This document shows positions 5,959 to 11,123 of a stretch of DNA of 33,654 nt, piece after piece. The position numbers and the translations under genes were made by a program. The stretch spans positions 1 to 33,654 of IMG/VR virus record IMGVR_UViG_3300037420_000377; one strand, 5' to 3'. Position 1 is the stretch's first letter, and every line of letters starts with the position of its first letter. The notes below the pieces were generated by a model that had not been told where the DNA came from, searched no databases, and saw nothing but the letters and a program-made list of their open reading frames with translations. This DNA is from a virus. Its lineage: Duplodnaviria > Caudoviricetes.

Positions 5959-8511
5959 TCAGGCAAATGCGTACAGGGCGTCGTCGATCACACTGAGGTC
6001 CAGGTCGCCCTTCTCGGGCATTGGGGGGAGCCTCGACGGATCGCTCAGGTTGGCCTCGGCACTCCGAAGGACCTCTTCGAACGGGTCGTAGTTCTCGTAC
6101 ATGCCGATGAAGGCCTTCCGGATGATCCCGAAGAACTCCGCTGTGCGCCCTGCGTGGGTTCCGAAGCTGTCGTGGATCAGGGCCAGCGAGTGGATCCCGG
6201 CGTCCTTGGCCTCGAGGACCGTGAGCATCAGATGTGCGCCGTCCATCGAGTGAATGACGTTGGGCGCCACTGCCGAGCGGGCCTTGTCCTTATCGATCCG
6301 GTCGAGTGGCTTGGTCCTGATGTTGGCCCTCACCTGACGGATCACGCCAGCGTCAGTCACCTTGTCCCTCACCCCGGCATCCGTGACGGGCATGCGGCGG
6401 TCGTACAGGAACAGCTGGACGGACTTGGTGTCCCACTCGCTGTACTTGTGCATCACCGGGAGGCCGATGGGGGTCGTCCAGACAAGCGGCTTCTTCTCGT
6501 GGGCCAAGGCTCCAGCGACCTTCTTGAAGAACGTCATGCCGTCGGTCGCCCGATGCACGATGTTCGTCACGCTCCGGTAGACCTTGGCCGCGATGTACCC
6601 AGAGGCCGCGAAGCCACCGTCGCCGTCGACCGCGTAAGGGTTCGCGGGGATCTTGCCCTCGAGGACCTTGAGGTTCAGCGGGGCCATGAGGTCCTCCATG
6701 AGCTGCTGGCGGAAGCCGTACTGCTCGCTCGAGTAGGGGAACGTCATGACGTTGCGCTTGACCTCCTTGCGACCGATGCCAGCGGCAAGGACGATCTTGG
6801 CGATCTCGGAGCCCTCGGAGGCGTCACGCTCCATCGTGGCTACGACATCGTCGGCTACCGTTTGGTAGAGGTCCGCAGGGACTTCCGAAGGCGTGAGCGA
6901 AACGAGCGCCGCTTCGTCCTCTGCTCGGAGCGCCGCGGAGTAGTGCTGGAGTCCTGAGTTAGATCCGTCAAGCGCAACAGGGATCCGGCTCTCGAAGTCT
7001 TCAGATCGTCCGGATTGAACCCAGTCAGCGTACTCGAAACAGGCGGCAAGGAAACTGAAGGGCTTATCGGCAGTTCCCCACCAGTCGTGGGTTCCTTGAG
7101 GATCCGCGGCTGCACTGAGGATTGCCGCTTCGTTGGCGGCGACCCAGTCGAGCCGGTCGTCGAAGGATCGCTTGCTGACCTTTTCGAAGTCGCCAGTGTT
7201 AGCGAGATGGATCGAAAGCCATGCTCCACCAGACTCGCCAAGAGGGCATCCATCAGCGAACTGGAGGAGCGCTTTGACGTGGTCCGACCGTTGGTGGCTG
7301 AAGTGGCAGACAGGGTAGACCCGTCCGCGAAAGTCAAGGTTATGCGGGAGATAGAATCGATCATAAGCGGACAGCTCCCGTGCGGTTTCGATGTCTCGGT
7401 CGGTGATGCTCTTGTCGGCAGCAATCGACCGGTTCCGTTCTTCGATCTGACGGAGCTTGATACGGTAACCCTTGCGCTGTTGGTCGTCCATGCCCTCCCA
7501 GAGGCTCTCAGGGAGTCGCTGAGGACGTTCCAGGGACTTCCGCAGCGGAAGCTTGCCGATCTCGACGTCGTGCTTGTAGGCCCACTCTACGACGTCCAGG
7601 ACGCGCCCGTTGATCGACCAGGCGACTGCCTGAACGTAGTTGAGGGCCTCCATGACGTAGTCGAGCTGACCGTTGTCGATGGCCTGAGCGAGCATCCGCT
7701 TGTGGTCCGGGTGGTGGGTCCGGACGAGCTTCACGCGGCGAGAGGACTTCTCGTCGTAGTAGCAGCCGGTGTTCATGTCCGTCCAAGGCCGCGGTGGGAC
7801 GACCATCGGGCGATAGACGGGCTGGTTCCACGCGAGGGTCTCGCGGAGGTCGATCAGAAGCTCGGCGCCCTCGTTCGTGAGGCGGGCGACGGTCTGCATC
7901 CGGCCCTTCTTGGAGATGGTGGCCAGCTCGAAGATTTCAGGCAGGGCGAGGAGGACGGCGTTGAGGAGCGGTTCCCCGATGCGGACCTTGAAGTCGGTCT
8001 CCCAGGGCTTCCACTCGATGTTGTCGTCGGCGAGCTTCTTGAAGGCCTTCTTCCGCATGCGGCTCGAGCCCTGCTTGGCGACCCGGTCGTGGATCCGGCG
8101 AGCGACCTTACGACCGCGGGCCTCCTCCAGCTCGAGGGCCATGATCTCCTGCTCGACGGTCGTCCCGATGTGGACCTGTACCTGAGTGGTCGAGTACCCG
8201 ATGGTGACGCCGTTGAAGGTGGAATTGAGGGCGATGTAGGCTAGGACGTCGGGGTCCAGTCTCTTAAGGGTCTTAAGTCCCGTATGAGTCTTCCCTTTGC
8301 CCTTGTTGTCATTCTCTTCGATCCACTTAAGGACCTGTAGTGTAACTAAAGGTAGGGCTCCCTTGATCAGCTTCCGTCCCTCGGCGGTGGCGTGGGCACC
8401 CTCGTTCGTCTGGGTGTTCTTCTGTTCTTCCAGGTAGCGGTAGTACCCCTCCGATGTTGCCTTCTGTTCGAGACGCAGCTGGGCGTCCAATAGCTCTTGA
8501 TCCGGTTGCAT
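5959..8511 (-). CDS. T7-type single-subunit DNA-dependent RNA polymerase
   Basis: 850 aa with DFRGRVYP, motif A DGSNSGLQHY, motif B RKEVKRNVMTFPYS, APNVIHSMD, motif C IHDSFGTH. Confidence 0.98.
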   Translation of the reverse strand: MQPDQELLDAQLRLEQKATSEGYYRYLEEQKNTQTNEGAHATAEGRKLIKGALPLVTLQVLKWIEENDNKGKGKTHTGLKTLKRLDPDVLAYIALNSTFNGVTIGYSTTQVQVHIGTTVEQEIMALELEEARGRKVARRIHDRVAKQGSSRMRKKAFKKLADDNIEWKPWETDFKVRIGEPLLNAVLLALPEIFELATISKKGRMQTVARLTNEGAELLIDLRETLAWNQPVYRPMVVPPRPWTDMNTGCYYDEKSSRRVKLVRTHHPDHKRMLAQAIDNGQLDYVMEALNYVQAVAWSINGRVLDVVEWAYKHDVEIGKLPLRKSLERPQRLPESLWEGMDDQQRKGYRIKLRQIEERNRSIAADKSITDRDIETARELSAYDRFYLPHNLDFRGRVYPVCHFSHQRSDHVKALLQFADGCPLGESGGAWLSIHLANTGDFEKVSKRSFDDRLDWVAANEAAILSAAADPQGTHDWWGTADKPFSFLAACFEYADWVQSGRSEDFESRIPVALDGSNSGLQHYSAALRAEDEAALVSLTPSEVPADLYQTVADDVVATMERDASEGSEIAKIVLAAGIGRKEVKRNVMTFPYSSEQYGFRQQLMEDLMAPLNLKVLEGKIPANPYAVDGDGGFAASGYIAAKVYRSVTNIVHRATDGMTFFKKVAGALAHEKKPLVWTTPIGLPVMHKYSEWDTKSVQLFLYDRRMPVTDAGVRDKVTDAGVIRQVRANIRTKPLDRIDKDKARSAVAPNVIHSMDGAHLMLTVLEAKDAGIHSLALIHDSFGTHAGRTAEFFGIIRKAFIGMYENYDPFEEVLRSAEANLSDPSRLPPMPEKGDLDLSVIDDALYAFA
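6855..7364 (-). CDS. Candidate overprinted gene in the +1 frame of the RNAP gene (169 aa)
   Basis: GGGAG 10 nt before ATG 7364; the open frame coincides with a zone of anomalous third-position usage in the RNAP frame. Confidence 0.4.
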   Translation of the reverse strand: MIDSISRITLTFADGSTLSATSATNGRTTSKRSSSSLMDALLASLVEHGFRSISLTLATSKRSASDPSTTGSTGSPPTKRQSSVQPRILKEPTTGGELPISPSVSLPPVSSTLTGFNPDDLKTSRAGSLLRLTDLTQDSSTTPRRSEQRTKRRSFRSRLRKSLRTSTKR

Positions 8512-8547
8512 CCTTACTCCCGATGCGCTTGAGGCCAGTCCAGTGTA

Positions 8548-8561
8548 ACTCTACGTTTTAG
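8548..8561 (-). promoter_or_regulatory. Putative phage RNAP promoter, copy 2 (upstream of the RNAP gene itself)
   Basis: Exact 14-bp repeat CTAAAACGTAGAGT ending 36 nt before the RNAP ATG. Confidence 0.75.
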
Positions 8562-8601
8562 GCCCCGAACGAAGGCTACGCAGTGCTACTGTTGAGGCAC
8601 T

Positions 8602-8629
8602 GAGATAATCGCCATTTGGCGACATTCAA
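8602..8629 (-). promoter_or_regulatory. Candidate host sigma70 promoter for the RNAP gene with a palindromic operator in the spacer
   Basis: TTGAAT-16 nt-TATCTC; the spacer holds the perfect inverted repeat TCGCCA-AA-TGGCGA (8609-8622). Confidence 0.45.
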
Positions 8630-8636
8630 GGGATTG

Positions 8637-8672
8637 AAAAAGGGGCCGGAAGCACCTACGCCTCCGACCCCT
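8637..8672 (-). terminator. Intrinsic terminator between the int/attP region and the RNAP gene
   Basis: AGGGGUCGGAGGC-6nt-GCUUCCGGCCCCU followed by a U run. Confidence 0.85.
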
Positions 8673-8720
8673 ATAGGACAGTCCGCATCAGATTCGGCGG
8701 GTCCTCTATGGTTGGGCTAT

Positions 8721-9083
8721 CTAAGCCCTTTGCTTCTCCCAGACAAGCGTGTCGTCGTCGATCAGGACTTGGACCGCTGTCGTCTTGTCGTCTTCCCACA
8801 ACGCTTCGCCCCGGGCTAGGGCCTCGTCGAGGTTAGAAAAATGCTGCACACTTCTAACAACAAAACGATCCGGTCCCCCGCGCAGAGGTCCCTCACCGGG
8901 CGCTAAGTCGTTGTCGGCTTGGATCTTTGACCGGATTTTAAGTCTCCAGCGTCTACCGGTTCCGCCACGTCCGCTGATCTCAGCTCCCTCTAGAGGCAGT
9001 GCATTCTCGAGAGCAGCCCCGTCGGTCAAACGTGCGGGAATCCCCCACGCATCTGTCCCCCACATCGGGTTGCTCGCAGACAT
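8721..9083 (-). CDS. attP-spanning hypothetical protein (120 aa), coupled to the integrase
   Basis: AGGAG 5 nt before the ATG, TAATG overlap with the int stop, open through the attP core, ends about 50 nt before the terminator. Confidence 0.6.
   Translation of the reverse strand: MSASNPMWGTDAWGIPARLTDGAALENALPLEGAEISGRGGTGRRWRLKIRSKIQADNDLAPGEGPLRGGPDRFVVRSVQHFSNLDEALARGEALWEDDKTTAVQVLIDDDTLVWEKQRA
8934..8974 (-). mobile_element. attP core: 5' half of tRNA-Leu(UAA)
   Basis: GCGGACGTGGCGGAACCGGTAGACGCTGGAGACTTAAAATC is an acceptor 5' strand, Leu-type D arm and anticodon loop CT-TAA-AA. No T arm follows, and it lies about 110 nt downstream of int. Confidence 0.85.
9041..9063. repeat. Direct repeat TCCCCCAC x2, candidate integrase arm-type sites
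   Basis: Copies at 9041-9048 and 9056-9063, between the int stop and the attP core. Confidence 0.4.
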
Positions 9084-10120
9084 TAGGTCTCCTGACAACT
9101 CTGCTCAAATAAAGCGGCGACCTTGCCCACGGCCTTCTGGAGGTCCTCGTTGCAGACGTGGGCGTAGCGGAGGGTCGTCTGGATGGACTTGTGACCCGCC
9201 AGCTCCTTGATGATCCGGATGTCGACCCCGGCCTGGACGAGCCTCGTGCAGAACGTGTGGCGACAGGCGTGGAACACGAAGTCCTCGTCATGGTCCAGGG
9301 CCATCACTGCCTTCGCCTTGTCCCACTCGTACCTCAGCTGACGCTCGGTCGGCATCCCGATCTCGCGAAGGTACATGAGGTCCGCGTGTGTCTCGGGGCT
9401 GATGGGGATGGAGCGAGCCTTTCGGTTCTTCGTCTTCCACAGGTGGATGTGGTCGGCGGTGACCTGAGCCTCGACGCCCTCCACAGCCTCGTAGATCTCC
9501 CCGCGGCGCATGCCTGTACGGATCGCCACTCGGACGAGGGTGTCGTAAGGATCCGGCAGGACCGAGTAGAGGCCCTTCTCTTCGTCCGGAGAGATCCAGC
9601 GGATGCGTCCCTCGTCCTCGTCGAGCCACTCGATCTTGGGCATGGGGGTCTGCCGGTACCCGCGCTCGATGGTCCACTTGAGGAACTTGGAGAAGGCCGC
9701 AAGGTACCGGTTGACCGTGGAGTCACCCAGCGGTCGACCCTTGGGCCCTGAGGCCTTCAAGGTCGTCACCAGCTCGTCGATCAGCTTGGTGCTGACGTCG
9801 TCGATGGGCTTGTCCCCAAGGACATCCACGATGTGCCGGAGCTTCTTGAAGTTGCCGTCCGAAGACTCCCGGCCACGCCACAAGGACTGCTCGGCCCTGT
9901 CGATCAGATCGGACATGCGCTCCGTCTGCTGCGGGAGGTATCGCGTTGTCTTCTCAAGGGCCGGGGCGCCGCTCTCGAGCTGCCTGATGAAGGATCGCTC
10001 GAGGGCCTTGGCGGACTTGTAGTCGTCGGCTCGGCCCTTGAGGACCTGACGCCCCCTCTGGACCTCCACGCGCCAGCGCCCGGTCGGCTTCCCGTCCCGC
10101 TTATCGGCGTAGATGGACAC
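9083..10120 (-). CDS. int: Tyrosine recombinase (integrase)
   Basis: Catalytic set TGMRRGE, TKN, HACRH, LAGH, TLRY; N-terminal arm-binding-like GRWRVEV; GGAGG RBS. Confidence 0.97.
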   Translation of the reverse strand: MSIYADKRDGKPTGRWRVEVQRGRQVLKGRADDYKSAKALERSFIRQLESGAPALEKTTRYLPQQTERMSDLIDRAEQSLWRGRESSDGNFKKLRHIVDVLGDKPIDDVSTKLIDELVTTLKASGPKGRPLGDSTVNRYLAAFSKFLKWTIERGYRQTPMPKIEWLDEDEGRIRWISPDEEKGLYSVLPDPYDTLVRVAIRTGMRRGEIYEAVEGVEAQVTADHIHLWKTKNRKARSIPISPETHADLMYLREIGMPTERQLRYEWDKAKAVMALDHDEDFVFHACRHTFCTRLVQAGVDIRIIKELAGHKSIQTTLRYAHVCNEDLQKAVGKVAALFEQSCQET

Positions 10121-10510
10121 CTAGAGGACCTCCACCAGCTCATTGAAAAACAGCCTCCCCGCGTCGGAGAGGTAGTAGCTGTTCTTCCTAAGGTTGGACT
10201 GGTCCTGCTCGCGAACGACGAGCCCGAACCCGCTGCCTGGACCTCCGGTTCGACTTCGGTCGGACAGTGAGAGCATGTAGCGCGACATGTTGGACAGGGA
10301 GATGCCTGAGGCGTCTGCCAGCTCCTGTAGGCTCTTGCCCTCGTTGAGCGCCACGGACACGAGCGCGTGGGCCAGAGGGAGAGGAATGGTATCCTCGATA
10401 TCACGAAAAAGCCGGAAAGCCCTATCGAGCTTCCGGATCTTCTTGAGCGACGGCCCTTCCACGGGCGCTACCGACAGTGGCACGGTACTGTCGGGGACGA
10501 CCTGAAACAC
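10121..10510 (-). CDS. MarR-like winged-helix regulator
   Basis: AGGAGG RBS before GTG 10510; SLQELADASGISLSNMSRYMLSL HTH, wing GLVVREQD...RKNSYYLSDAG; abuts int. Confidence 0.85.
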   Translation of the reverse strand: MFQVVPDSTVPLSVAPVEGPSLKKIRKLDRAFRLFRDIEDTIPLPLAHALVSVALNEGKSLQELADASGISLSNMSRYMLSLSDRSRTGGPGSGFGLVVREQDQSNLRKNSYYLSDAGRLFFNELVEVL

Positions 10511-10600
10511 ACTACTTTCCTCCTGTGTTCTTGTTGCACCCCCTGAGGGCTTGGCTCCCTCCAACGCGAACAGCTTATTGGTTGATCCCAATTTTGTTAT

Positions 10601-10615
10601 GTTCTCATTCCGTTC
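10601..10615. promoter_or_regulatory. Alphaproteobacterial LexA (SOS) box
   Basis: GTTC-TCATTCC-GTTC matches GTTC-N7-GTTC exactly, in the AT-rich leader of marR-int. Confidence 0.75.
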
Positions 10616-10624
10616 TACTTTCGC

Positions 10625-10692
10625 AAAAACACCGATCTCTCAAAAATGCGAAAGTTACGCATCGGATATAGTTGAGAGACCGGTGTAGTCAA
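10625..10692 (-). promoter_or_regulatory. Long hairpin with U-tract overlapping a sigma70-like promoter
   Basis: CACCGGUCUCUCAA pairs with UUGAGAGAUCGGUG, followed by UUUUU; TTGACT-16 nt-TATATC overlaps the 5' arm. Confidence 0.55.
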
Positions 10693-10699
10693 GAGGACA

Positions 10700-10939
10700 T
10701 TACTGTGATTTGTTGGCGTGGGCCGCGGCGACATCCTTCGCGCCGATGATCAAACCGGAGCCGATCAGGACTTCCATCAGGGCGCCGGAAAGGTCCTTGA
10801 GGGCTACCTCTTGACCCGAATAGGTCCGGTAGCCCGCAAGCGCAATAATGGAGAAGAACGCCAGGCCCGCGAGGATCCTTGCGAGATCCCAGGCCTTGTT
10901 GCCTACGCTCTTGAAGAGGTCGGCAATGAACTTACCCAT
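10700..10939 (-). CDS. Holin-like membrane protein (79 aa)
   Basis: Two hydrophobic segments; start trimmed to ATG 10939; last gene of the late operon. Confidence 0.6.
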   Translation of the reverse strand: MGKFIADLFKSVGNKAWDLARILAGLAFFSIIALAGYRTYSGQEVALKDLSGALMEVLIGSGLIIGAKDVAAAHANKSQ

Positions 10940-11114
10940 CGCTGCTCTTCCCGGCAGGGCCGTACGCGAAGCGGTCGTACAGGCGAACGGCTCCCAGCAC
11001 GATTGACACGAGGCCGGAGATGATGGTGATCGCAATGGCGGCGTGAGCGAGGCTTACCCCCGCGACCACGAAGCCAGCGATGGTTCCCGCCTCCAGTACT
11101 TGGTGATGATTCAT
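10932..11114 (-). CDS. Holin-like membrane protein (60 aa)
   Basis: Long hydrophobic core with a charged C-terminus, directly after the tail fibre gene. Confidence 0.6.
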   Translation of the reverse strand: MNHHQVLEAGTIAGFVVAGVSLAHAAIAITIISGLVSIVLGAVRLYDRFAYGPAGKSSDG

Positions 11115-11123
11115 CTTAGGTCC

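Noticed and set aside
7015-8244. 409-aa antisense ORF as the cause of the RNAP codon anomaly
   Set aside because: Its limits do not match the anomalous zone (about 6841-7560), and this antisense frame is open along most of the gene anyway.
8880-8974. Complete phage tRNA-Leu gene
   Set aside because: The anticodon stem breaks after 2 bp and there is no T arm or 3' acceptor strand; it is an att fragment.
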